Origin: Candidatus Bathyarchaeota archaeon
GTDB taxonomy: Archaea; Thermoproteota; Bathyarchaeia; 40CM-2-53-6; RBG-13-38-9
Reading direction: 5' to 3'
Assembly (NCBI GenBank): GCA_963807605.1
Contig: CAWECG010000003.1
Coordinates: forward strand, 256,001-320,000
DNA: 64,000 nt
Positions 9,594-19,391 of this stretch are shown here, piece after piece. Positions within the stretch are counted from its first letter, which is position 1. Each line of letters opens with the position of its first letter. The position numbers and the translations under genes are program-made. Below the pieces are notes generated by a model. The model saw nothing but the letters and a program-made list of their open reading frames with translations. It had not been told where the DNA came from and searched no databases.

Positions 9594-10685
9594 ATGAACA
9601 TTGATCTCAGTTTGCCCTACATTACTGCCGACTTACCGGGTATCGGCGGACAGTTGCGAACAACGCCCAATAACTTCGTCGTTGAAGAGCTGTCTCTTTA
9701 CGAGCCTGAGGGACAAGGGGAACACCTCTATGTCAATCTGACCAGAGAAGGCATGACAACGAGAGAGGTCCAATACAGGCTAGCTGACATATTCGGCATA
9801 ACCCCACGTGATGTCGGCTTTGCTGGTTTGAAGGATAAGTACGCCTGCACAACCCAGACCTTCAGCTTGTTAGTCGGCAAAGTAGATGATAATTTTATTA
9901 ACCAAGCCGCTGAGCGCATCAGAACCAATCTACCTGTGACGGTCAACTGGACGCGACTACACAAGAACAAACTCAAACCAGGACATCTATTGGGTAATCG
10001 ATTCACAATAACCGTGACTAATCCAAAGATCCCACCGGATAAGGCGTTATCCCGAGTCCAAGCGATCGGTACCCGTCTGCAAGAGAGAGGCCTGCCGAAC
10101 TTCTTCGGCCCTCAACGTTTCGGGTTCAATGGCGATAACGTTCAGCGTGGTCTGGAGATTATTCTGGGTCAGCTGCAGAATGTAGATCTGTGGTTGCGAC
10201 GCTTTCTAATCTCCAGCTACCAGAGCTATCTGTGTAACCGTTACTTGGTTCGTAGGTTTGAATCAGGCACTTTTGACCGCATCCTGCTAGGAGACATTGC
10301 TAAGAAATACGCGACCGGGGGCCTGTTCCAAGTGAAAGACGATAGAAAAGAACAACCACGCTATGAAAATCATGAGATTAGCTTCACCGCTCCCATCTAT
10401 GGCCCAAGGATGTGGTCGGCTACGGGTCCAGCAGGAGAACTGGAGGCAGAAATACTTGCTGAGGCTGGGCTAAGCTTGAAACAGTTCGGTGCTGTGCGGG
10501 TTGAAGGTACCAGACGCCTTGGAAGACTGCTAGTCCCAGATCTGAATGTGAGCTTGGAGCCGCAGGGATTGCGTGCGCGTTTTTCCCTGCCCAAAGGAGC
10601 CTTTGCGACCACTATCCTGCGTGAGATCATGAAGGTTGATCTTCAAGATTCCTTAAGTTCTTTCTCCAGCAATACGGAATATTGA
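9594..10685 (+). CDS. truD: tRNA pseudouridine(13) synthase TruD
   Basis: FVVEE, AGLKDKYA, GNRFTI, PNFFGPQRFG, FSLPKGAFAT. Confidence 0.95.
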   Translation: MNIDLSLPYITADLPGIGGQLRTTPNNFVVEELSLYEPEGQGEHLYVNLTREGMTTREVQYRLADIFGITPRDVGFAGLKDKYACTTQTFSLLVGKVDDNFINQAAERIRTNLPVTVNWTRLHKNKLKPGHLLGNRFTITVTNPKIPPDKALSRVQAIGTRLQERGLPNFFGPQRFGFNGDNVQRGLEIILGQLQNVDLWLRRFLISSYQSYLCNRYLVRRFESGTFDRILLGDIAKKYATGGLFQVKDDRKEQPRYENHEISFTAPIYGPRMWSATGPAGELEAEILAEAGLSLKQFGAVRVEGTRRLGRLLVPDLNVSLEPQGLRARFSLPKGAFATTILREIMKVDLQDSLSSFSSNTEY

Positions 10686-10765
10686 TTATGATATTCGGGG
10701 GAAATCGAGATCTCCATAAGCTATTTGAGAAATCCTGCATGGCTTGATGAATGAAGAGATGGCGA

Positions 10766-10887
10766 ATGAAAAAGGTCTCTCTCAAGAGAGAGCTTCGACA
10801 TCTTTACAGCCCCTCAGCGAAAAAGGTCCAGACTCTTGAAGTCCCTGAGATGACTTTTCTGATGATGGACGGTCAAGGCGATCCAAA
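10766..10887 (+). pseudogene. N-terminal fragment of a GyrI-like small-molecule-binding protein
   Basis: MKKVSLKRELRHLYSPSAK...EVPEMTFLMMDGQGDP resembles that family's N-terminus; similarity stops at the AGCGCGCGCT motif. Confidence 0.7.
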
Positions 10888-10984
10888 GCGCGCGCTTAGA
10901 ATACACTGGGACGGCCACAGTCAATTCTTGATAATTGAAATGTAGGTTTAAACGGGAGAATTTAGATCGTAGACGTCTACACTA

Positions 10985-11173
10985 CTATTCTTGTGATCTG
11001 TTGCATTGTGGACAGAAAACTTCTCCCAAAGGCATGCCCTTCCCACAGAATCGACAGCTACTAGAAGATTTGATATTAATTGACCCGTCCTTTGAGATGT
11101 CAAGATTAAGTTGTTTCCCCACTTCACCCATTATCTTATTCTCAATAGCTTTAGTGATCCACGACCAAGACAT
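10985..11173 (-). CDS. Small zinc-ribbon protein
   Basis: CRFCG...FCPQC. Confidence 0.65.
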   Translation of the reverse strand: MSWSWITKAIENKIMGEVGKQLNLDISKDGSINIKSSSSCRFCGKGMPLGEVFCPQCNRSQE

Positions 11174-11347
11174 TCATGGATTCCCCCTATACATGTGAGA
11201 GGAGTAACTACTGCCATTTGCAGCTACATTAGGTATCCGGTTCATGTCGCTTAAGTATAACCTTTCCGTTGACGATACTCAACCGAGATAAGCTGAGGAT
11301 AGTCTATATCGATTCAATTTTCCAGAAATGAGAAACCGTGTGAAGTT

Positions 11348-11818
11348 ATGACAGACAACCGAACTCTCATAGCGTACGGATCGAAGATGGGTGCAACCGA
11401 AGAAACTGCTTCTGAAATTGCATCTGTCCTGCGCGAGAAATATCGCTTTGAAGTTGATGTAGTCGATCTTAAGAAAAATCCAACCCCCGATCTCACTCAA
11501 TACAGAAATATCGTGATCGGAAGTGGCGTCAGGATCGGTTCATGGAATGGAAGAGCTTTAAAGTTTCTACATAACGAGTTTGAGGGAAAGAAAGTAGCCG
11601 TGTTCGTCTCTTCCATGATGGCCGGCAATCCAAATACGTACGACGGAGCTTTCACTAAATTCATCAAAGACGTCTTAGGAACTCACGCTCGTTTTGAACC
11701 TGTGGCAACAGCTGCATTTGGAGGGCGCCTGAAGATCCTAGGAATGACTTTGTCGGACAACCGTGACACAGAGAAAATTAGGGCTTGGGCAGACGAGCTG
11801 GGTAAGAAGCTTAGCTAA
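11348..11818 (+). CDS. Flavodoxin domain protein (HemG/flavodoxin_5-like)
   Basis: IAYGSKMGATEE, IVIGSGV, FGGR, DNRDTEKIRAWA. Confidence 0.9.
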   Translation: MTDNRTLIAYGSKMGATEETASEIASVLREKYRFEVDVVDLKKNPTPDLTQYRNIVIGSGVRIGSWNGRALKFLHNEFEGKKVAVFVSSMMAGNPNTYDGAFTKFIKDVLGTHARFEPVATAAFGGRLKILGMTLSDNRDTEKIRAWADELGKKLS

Positions 11819-11844
11819 TCTGCTCACTATCAAATACACTGACT

Positions 11845-12402
11845 CTATTCATTTTTCGAAAAGCCATAGACGCCTATTTTCTTTTGAAGACTCCAGTATT
11901 CGTCTTGGTTGTAGACGAAGGGAGATGCTTTGGTGAAGTCTATCTTCTCCGTCTTATCTAGGATTCGTTGGTCCACGTGAACGCGCACAACCTTGCCGAG
12001 GAAGAGATGATGAGAACCCAAAGGAACCTTCTTTGTGACGACACATTCAATGTTGACAGGACATTCTTTGATAAGTGGGGGTTTAACCTTCTCCGCCGGT
12101 TCAGGTGTAAGCCCCGTTTCAGAAAACTTATTCACATCTCTTCCTGAGACAAATCCGCAGAAGTCTGATATCTTCAGAAGTTCCGTCGTTGGAATGTTGA
12201 CAACGAACTCTCCAGAATCCTCAATCAGTTTACAAGAATATCTGTGAGGACGTATACCCAGTCCCAGCATGGGTGGTTCCGAACACACAACTCCCGCCCA
12301 GGCCAGAGTGATTATGTTAGGCTTTCCTTTAGAGTCTACGCAAGTTACAAGAACGACAGGGCAAGGATAAAGAGCGGTCGAGGGCTCTTTTGCTAGTTTC
12401 AT
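11845..12402 (-). CDS. Flavin reductase family (flavoredoxin-like) protein
   Basis: LYPCPVVLV, NIITLAW, GEFVVNIP, CPVNIEC, GSHHLF. Confidence 0.92.
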   Translation of the reverse strand: MKLAKEPSTALYPCPVVLVTCVDSKGKPNIITLAWAGVVCSEPPMLGLGIRPHRYSCKLIEDSGEFVVNIPTTELLKISDFCGFVSGRDVNKFSETGLTPEPAEKVKPPLIKECPVNIECVVTKKVPLGSHHLFLGKVVRVHVDQRILDKTEKIDFTKASPFVYNQDEYWSLQKKIGVYGFSKNE

Positions 12403-12800
12403 AAGCGAGCGTCTCCGATCTTTGCATTTAACCTTTGCGAACTAGCCTCTTTGAATGTAGAACTAACTTATCCATTAACTACGGACTAGAATCTCACGCG
12501 CACTTTTCTGGAATAACTCGAGGTGCGGGGAGTTAGATGACAATTCACGTTTTGAACCAACGAAATTATGATGGAGAAATCATACGCTATGGTTCCGCCT
12601 CAATCGGACAAAAATACGCAAAATATCCTCAAAATGGCCTAATGCAATGGTGCGGGGGGATTCGCGCACCAGTTTACCAGTACATATAAGCCTTCTACAG
12701 ATCTGCGGTGATCCGGTAATTCGAATGATGAATTATAGAGATCCTTGTCGCTGCTGTGGGTCGAATCATTCGTGTGTGCATCAAGTTATGCGTACAGAAT

Positions 12801-14042
12801 CTACTTCAAAACCTGAGGAAGACTCAGGAGGAAAAGAGACGTCACAATGATGATGGTTGCCAAGGCGAGTGTGGTTACAGTTTTTCCCAACTTGTAGCCT
12901 CCCATGATCTTCTGATTCCTCGCAAGAAGCAGTAAAGGTACAAGCACAAATGGTAGCAGCGCTCCATTCAAATACTGTGTAAAGACCATGATCTCAATTT
13001 GGTTTGGCAAAAGGGAAAAAACTGCTGCGACAATTACCCACAAGATAAACAGGAGCCTAAACCTTTTTGCCTTAATTCTTTCTTCGATACCCAAAAAGCC
13101 AAAACTGTTGTAAACACTCCCAAGACCTACTGTAATAACTGCTGAAATACCCGCGCATGCGAAAGCGACACCAAACAATATTACCCCGATATTTCCGAGT
13201 CTATCGTAGAATGGGAGCGCAATATCTAGAAAAGTTTCTATTTGTCTACCCCTGACAAGAATGGCCGCGGTCGCTATGATAACGATATTCAAAATGGTTC
13301 CCATGAGCAGGCTTATAATAGAGTCAATCCTTTGGTTGACTACGGCTTCGTGTTGATAACGAACCAATTCTTCAAGACCGCGATGATGATCGTGAATTAA
13401 TCCCTTCTCGAAAACTAGGCCACTATGTAGTACGACATACGTAGGCATTATCGAAGCTCCTATCAGAGCTTCAGCATAGTAAAGCGACTTTCCACTCATA
13501 GACGGCACAATTGAACTAAAGATGACACTTGTGTAGGAAGGATTCAATTGAACAAACAAATATGCATAAACAAGGAAAACAGCTGTTGCAAGAAAGATTA
13601 CAGTCTTTTCCACTTTACTATAAGATCCCAAGAAAACTAGAAAGACGGTAAGTGAAATTGTTGCGAGTACTCCCAAAATGTAAGGTATCTTAAAGAGAAA
13701 GGATAGGGCAAGACTCAGCCCAATAATCTCGGCAGTCAAAGTGGACAAGTCCAAGAAAAGATATGTAACAAAAAGAAAGCTAGAATAGTTTCTTCCATAT
13801 GTGCGATGAATATTCTCTGCTAGAGTCTTGCGCGTTACAACTCCAAGCCTCGCACTGATCTCCTCTACTATGATTAGAAGTATACCAGAGTAAAACGCGG
13901 CCCACAGAACCTCAAATCCCAATGCTGATCCTGAGGCTGTGGCGGTCACAATACTCGCCGGATCAAAGAGTTCTACTGAGATTAGAACAGCAGGTCCTAT
14001 GACGCCCAAAGTCCTGATTATTTGCTTCAATCTGGGTGACAA
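12801..14042 (-). CDS. Nramp/SLC11-family divalent metal transporter (variant motifs)
   Basis: GPAVLIS..FDPASI, SARLGVVT, IGASIMP..VVLHS; about 11 TM. Confidence 0.85.
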   Translation of the reverse strand: MSPRLKQIIRTLGVIGPAVLISVELFDPASIVTATASGSALGFEVLWAAFYSGILLIIVEEISARLGVVTRKTLAENIHRTYGRNYSSFLFVTYLFLDLSTLTAEIIGLSLALSFLFKIPYILGVLATISLTVFLVFLGSYSKVEKTVIFLATAVFLVYAYLFVQLNPSYTSVIFSSIVPSMSGKSLYYAEALIGASIMPTYVVLHSGLVFEKGLIHDHHRGLEELVRYQHEAVVNQRIDSIISLLMGTILNIVIIATAAILVRGRQIETFLDIALPFYDRLGNIGVILFGVAFACAGISAVITVGLGSVYNSFGFLGIEERIKAKRFRLLFILWVIVAAVFSLLPNQIEIMVFTQYLNGALLPFVLVPLLLLARNQKIMGGYKLGKTVTTLALATIIIVTSLFLLSLPQVLK

Positions 14043-14207
14043 TTTGGAACCTGCTGAAACACAGCCTAAGACGTAAAAGCAGAAAAAACTACCGGAAGAC
14101 TCACTCGTAATTTAAGCTACCAGATCAAAGGCATATTAATTGCCTCCACATAACCAACGATTTGCGCGTCCCAAAATAGAAGGGAAGATTGAGTTCAAGC
14201 GCGCGCT

Positions 14208-14364
14208 ACACAAGAGCGAGCTGAACCAGAAAATAGACGGTTGGATCAAACGCTTGAAGAAGTATCGTGGCCATCCAAGGTTTTACGAATTATTGGAAGA
14301 ATTGAAGGAGCTGCACGGCCGCAAGAATGCAGATTACAGCAAGGAGGAGGACTCGCTGAGTTGA
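14208..14364 (+). pseudogene. Fragment resembling a phage nucleotide-modification-associated (DUF1599/Nmad1-like) domain
   Basis: RFYELLEELKELHGRKNADYSKEEDSL; truncated at both ends; family assigned from recalled motif only. Confidence 0.45.
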
Positions 14365-14394
14365 ACATTACGGTTACTATGAATCACTTGGGAG

Positions 14395-16050
14395 TCATGC
14401 TGCATAGACCCCTTCCTCCACGACATACTTTCTTCGGGCCAGGTCCATGAGATTTCGTGTGAATACTATTCCGTAGATTGCTACGACAATGGCGAAGAGC
14501 AACGATACCCATGCCGCGTTTTCCACATGTCCATTGGATATGTTAAGGCCGATGTATCTCATCATCCCATCACGGACTTCAAGTGAATGGGTCCCATCGA
14601 TGTTAGGCCAGAATTCTCCAATCTCTATTCCAGCCCAAGCACTGTTGATTGTACTCGAAAGGCCTGTTACTAGGTATGGGAATGTTCCGGGAATAATTAT
14701 GCGTCTCATGCGAGCTCCCCAACCGAGATCGTAATTACGCATGATTTCCCAGAACTGTGTTGGGATGGCCTGAACTCCAATCCAGAAATCGAAGAGCACG
14801 TAATAGAAGCAGCTCAGAAAACCCAAGGTGAATACATAGATCTCGGTCGAGTATGCCGCTGGGAATATTGAGTTGAATAAGGGGAATGTTGCTATGAAGA
14901 CAAGTGGAAAATAGGTTGGAGCTGGAAAAGCAGCTATCGCCTGAATGATGGGTGCAAATGTCAAACTTGCCTTATGGTGTATTGCCATAACATATCCTAA
15001 GGACACAGCCACGCCAAACGCGGCAGCAGTTACGGCTAATACCCTGACATAATCAATTCCCATCGAATACAGAAGATACGGGGTTGACCCCAGGAAAGTT
15101 CTCCATCGTTCTCCAGGAACCGCAAATGCGATCAGCAAAGAAGAGTAAACTAGGTACACCAAGACCATAATGCCCAAACAGAACGTTAACGACTTCGCAG
15201 CTACATTCAAGAGATGCCGAAAAGGTGACGGACCTTCAGCTTCGCCTTCAAATTCACTGCGATGCGAAGGGCGGGTAAACCGTCCGGCAAAGCGCGCTAG
15301 CGCGCGCGCGCTTCGGATACGACTACGGAAGACGTCTAACGCCCTGAAACGACGACTAAGTGGACTACGCCGTTTGATTTCAATCGTCGAATCGACGCTA
15401 TACTTGGCTACGAAATGCCTGCTCATAGTGGTAAGTAGCAATGTAACTCCGATCACGCCAACGGCGATGCATAAAAGCGAATAGTACACGTCAATGATGT
15501 CGCCTTGTTGGGTGAAGAGCGCTATTTTGGTGCCAATCCCAAATGTCTGATAGGTTTTAACACCAACCGTGAATACTTCACTAACAGCTATGTAGAAGAA
15601 CCCATCTGCGAAACTTGAAAAGAGATTCGCCGTAACACGCGGAATTGAATGCGGAATGTAAAGCTTCCACATTCTCCAGCCGAAACTGAAGCCATAGTTC
15701 TCAGACACCTCCAGGAGATGAGCTGGAACTGTCTTGAAAGCCTGATAGGCTCCGATCCAAACGTTCCATACAACAGCGTCCCAAACTAGAAAGTCAACCG
15801 CCACCTCTGTGCCCAGAGAGCCTCCTAAGCCCTGAATGAAAATTAAGAGGACGATTGGAAGGAACGCGATAACAGGGATGGATTCCAGTACGTTAACAAG
15901 AGGAACGTAAGCATTCTCGAATCTTCTACTCTTCACGGCAAGATATGCTAAACCCCATCCGCTCAGTACAGAGAGAAGCATAAGCAAAAGAATTCTGCTG
16001 ATCGTTGCGAGAGTAGCGAGCGCTATTATGGTAATGTCCATGCGTCTCAC
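14395..16050 (-). CDS. ABC transporter permease with two fused NitT/TauT-type membrane domains
   Basis: VLESIPVIAFLP and IIQAIAAFPAP repeats, two EAA-like loops; adjacent ATPase. Confidence 0.85.
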   Translation of the reverse strand: MRRMDITIIALATLATISRILLLMLLSVLSGWGLAYLAVKSRRFENAYVPLVNVLESIPVIAFLPIVLLIFIQGLGGSLGTEVAVDFLVWDAVVWNVWIGAYQAFKTVPAHLLEVSENYGFSFGWRMWKLYIPHSIPRVTANLFSSFADGFFYIAVSEVFTVGVKTYQTFGIGTKIALFTQQGDIIDVYYSLLCIAVGVIGVTLLLTTMSRHFVAKYSVDSTIEIKRRSPLSRRFRALDVFRSRIRSARALARFAGRFTRPSHRSEFEGEAEGPSPFRHLLNVAAKSLTFCLGIMVLVYLVYSSLLIAFAVPGERWRTFLGSTPYLLYSMGIDYVRVLAVTAAAFGVAVSLGYVMAIHHKASLTFAPIIQAIAAFPAPTYFPLVFIATFPLFNSIFPAAYSTEIYVFTLGFLSCFYYVLFDFWIGVQAIPTQFWEIMRNYDLGWGARMRRIIIPGTFPYLVTGLSSTINSAWAGIEIGEFWPNIDGTHSLEVRDGMMRYIGLNISNGHVENAAWVSLLFAIVVAIYGIVFTRNLMDLARRKYVVEEGVYAA

Positions 16051-16058
16051 CCAACCAG

Positions 16059-16859
16059 TTACTGCTTCAGGCTTGGACTCAAATGATTATAGAGTCTGTC
16101 AACATAGTTGAAGAAGACTGGTTCTCGTTGCGATCGTGGTCTAGGAATGTCGATCTTGACTTCGTCAACAAGAGTTGCTGGTGTTCCGTTCATAACGTAG
16201 ACCCTGTCAGCCAACTGAACAACTTCCTGCAGGTTATGTGAGACCAAAACAACTGATTTAAGGCTGGTTTCAGGATTAAAGACAAGATCGTAGATTTCTT
16301 GCCGCATGCCTGTTGCGGTGAGTTCGTCAAGGTGCACGAAGGGTTCATCCATCAAGAGTATCTCTGGGGATGCGGCTAGTGCTCTTGCAATGGCAATCTT
16401 CTGTCGCATTCCTCCACTCATTTCCTTTGGATAATAGGCTTCAACCCCGCTAAGCCCGACGAGTTCCAGCATTTCTCTAGCTATTCGATTGGCTTCATCC
16501 TGTTCGATCTTTTTGCTGATCAATGACAGTTTTACGTTCTCTAGCGCTGTCATCCAGGGGAATGTGGCTATTGATTGGTGGATCAGCGAGATTTTGGAAG
16601 AAGGTTTCCTGACTTCTTTACCGTCCAAGAAGACTTGGCCTTTTGTCGGAGGCGTTAAGTATCCTAGGTTTCTGATGAGTGTCGATTTTCCGCATCCTGT
16701 TGGGCCGACGACTGCTACTAGCTCGTTTTCGTAGGTTTTCAGGTTTACGTGGTCGTAAACCATTTTCAATTTATTGTAACTGTAACCGAGATCTCGACAC
16801 TCTAGCTCAGATTGGGTTTTCTGTCTGCAGAAGTTTTCTGAGGTTGTTACACCACTCAT
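16059..16859 (-). CDS. ABC transporter ATP-binding protein (NitT/TauT family)
   Basis: GPTGCGKST, MSGGMRQK, LLMDEPF, VSH. Confidence 0.93.
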   Translation of the reverse strand: MSGVTTSENFCRQKTQSELECRDLGYSYNKLKMVYDHVNLKTYENELVAVVGPTGCGKSTLIRNLGYLTPPTKGQVFLDGKEVRKPSSKISLIHQSIATFPWMTALENVKLSLISKKIEQDEANRIAREMLELVGLSGVEAYYPKEMSGGMRQKIAIARALAASPEILLMDEPFVHLDELTATGMRQEIYDLVFNPETSLKSVVLVSHNLQEVVQLADRVYVMNGTPATLVDEVKIDIPRPRSQREPVFFNYVDRLYNHLSPSLKQ

Positions 16860-16949
16860 AGGCCTCTCTGCCTAGCACCGTTAAGGACTATATACGGCTA
16901 TCCACTCCAGGGGGATGGCGGTCTGATTTTGAGGGAGAAAAACAGGTGA

Positions 16950-17250
16950 ATGACCCCCCGACCGATTCTCATGACAAAAATAGAGAACTTCTCCGGCTTA
17001 CTCTGATGGGAGCTGCAGCACTATTCAGTTGGCTCGGCCTGTGGCGGGCCTTTCTCCCAGTAGATCTAGTAGGCTTGGACTAAGCACTGATTGGTGGTTA
17101 TCCGATCTGCAAAGAAACGCTACAATCTTTGACCCATAAGAAGATCAACATGGAAGTCTCGATGTCTTTAGCGATCCTGGCATCACTTCTAATCGGTCAG
17201 TTCACCGCTGCTGCGGTTTCTTTGTTTTTCATCGAGGTCACAGAAAGCAC
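16950..17250 (+). pseudogene. N-terminal remnant of a heavy-metal (Zn/Cd-type) P-type ATPase
   Basis: RELLRLTLMG...GLD*ALIGGYPICKETLQSLTHKKINMEVSMSLAILASLLIGQF; internal stop; ends before the tRNA; limits approximate. Confidence 0.6.
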
Positions 17251-17314
17251 GTCATACCCCACGACAATAAGGCTTGCTCGAGTCATGGAGTTCTCTCGGA
17301 TCACTCTAGTGAGT

Positions 17315-17483
17315 TGGTGCGGGGAGTGGGACATTCGCCGACCTTGGACGCATTTCCAAAGGCCAGGATTCGAACCCACGTAGGGCTACCCCACGGGATG
17401 ACTCATCCTGTGAGGTGATCTTGAGTCTCACGCGCACACGCTTTGTGCGTCCCGCGCATTTGACCTGGCTCTGCCATCCCCGC
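17315..17483 (-). tRNA. tRNA-Leu(CAA) with three BHB introns (30/31, 37/38, 59/60) and encoded CCA
   Basis: Removing 17427-17450 (24 nt), 17400-17419 (20 nt) and 17332-17368 (37 nt) gives an 88-nt cloverleaf with long variable arm; each junction folds as bulge-4bp helix-bulge. Confidence 0.93.
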
Positions 17484-17619
17484 CTATAGAACAGACCGAT
17501 CAACTAGAGTGACAATAAAGCTTTCCAACAATCTCGTCGGGGCCCAAGATAGCACCGACTCTTGATAACATCACATACGGGACAAAATTTTAGAAATAGT
17601 CTGTCAGGAATCGCTGAGA

Positions 17620-17928
17620 TTATAGAAGTTCGATCTCGACGAAGACATCATCGGGTGTCCGGATTCTCATCAGACGTTTCATAAATCGCTCGTTAGGGTC
17701 GACGTCGATTAGCCGCTTGTGGATCCTCATCTCAAATTTGTCCCACGTATGAGTTCCCTGCCCGCAAGGCGTCTTTCTTGTTGGGACGATCAGCTTCTTG
17801 GTCGGGAGCGGGATTGGTCCACGGAGCTTAACCGCGGTTCTCTCCGCGATCTTCTTTATCTCATCACACATTGAGATTAGATGTTCAGGCTCCGTGCTTG
17901 AGAGTCTTATCCGTGCTTTGCCTGGCAT
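17620..17928 (-). CDS. rps10: 30S ribosomal protein uS10
   Basis: MPGKARIRL...[10 protein letters not shown]...[14 protein letters not shown]. Confidence 0.97.
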   Translation of the reverse strand: MPGKARIRLSSTEPEHLISMCDEIKKIAERTAVKLRGPIPLPTKKLIVPTRKTPCGQGTHTWDKFEMRIHKRLIDVDPNERFMKRLMRIRTPDDVFVEIELL

Positions 17929-18022
17929 GTGAGCGATGTCCCAACCTAACCATAAACGGGTACACACTAGGAAACGTGTGGATTTTAAAAAGGTTTAGGT
18001 AAAGAATCGGATGGGTGGAGGC

Positions 18023-19321
18023 TTAACCTTTCTCTGTAATTTCCTTTACTACTCCAACCGCGATGGTCATGCCCATGTCTCTTACGGCGAATCTTCCTAG
18101 TTGTGGGATCTCGCTGTAGGGCTCAAGGACTATCGGGCTGAGCGGTCTCAACTTTACTAGCGCACCGTCACCAGCCTTTAGGAATGCAGGCTTCTCCTCG
18201 ATGACTTGGCCTGTTCGAGGATCGATCTTAGCGACGAGCTCTGTGAAGGTAGCTGCCATCGTAACTGTGTGGGCATGGAGTACAGGGGTGTATCCTTGCG
18301 CTATCGCTGTTGGATGGTAGATAATTATTATCTGGCCTGTGAACTCCTTTGCTACCGTTGGAGGTTTGTCTGGATGGCCGACCACGTCTCCACGGTGGAC
18401 GGTTCCTCTGTCGACTCCTTTGATGTTGAATCCTATGTTGTCTCCAGGCTCAGCCTGCGGCATCTTTGTGTGGTGGGTCTCTATAGTCTTGCACTCACCG
18501 GGTACGTTTCCGGGCATGATGACGACCTTGTCACCCTCTTTGAGAATGCCTGTCTCGACTCTGCCAACAGGAACCGTTCCTATTCCTGTTATCGAGTATA
18601 CGTCTTGAACAGGGATCCTTAGTGGTTTGTCTACAGGCTTGGGTGGTTGTGTGAAACCGTCCAGTACCTGCAAGAGTGTTGGGCCTTTATACCATGGCAT
18701 CTTGTCACTCTGTTTGGCAAGGTTGTCTCCTGTCCAGCCTGAGACCGGCACGAAGGCTATCTTGCTGGTGTCGTAACCAACGACCTTAAGCAAGGATTCT
18801 AGCTCTTTCTTGCATTCCTCGTATCTTGCCTGAGAATACTTGACAGTATCATCATCCATCTTCGTTATGGCTACAGCCAGCTGGTTGACCCCTAAAGTTC
18901 TTGCAAGATAGGCATGCTCTCTTGCTTGGCCTCCAGGCCCGACGCCTACCTCAAACTCGCCCTTCCTCGCGGAGACGGTGAGAATTGCGCAGTCCGCCTG
19001 GCTTGTGCCTGTGATCATGTTCTTGATGAAGTCTCTGTGTCCAGGTGCATCTATTATCGTGTAGAAGATCTTGGGTGTCTCAAACTTCTGAAAGCTGAGG
19101 TCTATTGTGACCCCTCGTTCACGTTCCTCTTTGAGGCTGTCAAGGACCCAAGCAAACTTGAAAGTCTCTCCAGCCCCAGTCTTCTCTGACTCTTTAGCGT
19201 ACTCGTCAATCTTCTTTGCATCGATGTAGCCGGTCTGATAGAGGAGGTTTCCGGTCATCGTGCTCTTTCCGTGGTCAACATGGCCGATGACTATCAAATT
19301 CAGATGGGGCTTTGTACTCAA
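18023..19321 (-). CDS. tuf: Translation elongation factor aEF-1A
   Basis: KPHLNL, GHVDHGKST, ERERGVTI, DAPGHRDF, LGRFAVRDMG; TTG start inferred. Confidence 0.98.
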   Translation of the reverse strand: MSTKPHLNLIVIGHVDHGKSTMTGNLLYQTGYIDAKKIDEYAKESEKTGAGETFKFAWVLDSLKEERERGVTIDLSFQKFETPKIFYTIIDAPGHRDFIKNMITGTSQADCAILTVSARKGEFEVGVGPGGQAREHAYLARTLGVNQLAVAITKMDDDTVKYSQARYEECKKELESLLKVVGYDTSKIAFVPVSGWTGDNLAKQSDKMPWYKGPTLLQVLDGFTQPPKPVDKPLRIPVQDVYSITGIGTVPVGRVETGILKEGDKVVIMPGNVPGECKTIETHHTKMPQAEPGDNIGFNIKGVDRGTVHRGDVVGHPDKPPTVAKEFTGQIIIIYHPTAIAQGYTPVLHAHTVTMAATFTELVAKIDPRTGQVIEEKPAFLKAGDGALVKLRPLSPIVLEPYSEIPQLGRFAVRDMGMTIAVGVVKEITEKG

Positions 19322-19391
19322 GATCTTAACCTCTCGATTCCGCAATTCGTAGAGTTGGGGCTCGCAAATATTTAAGGATTAGAGTCCCGCG

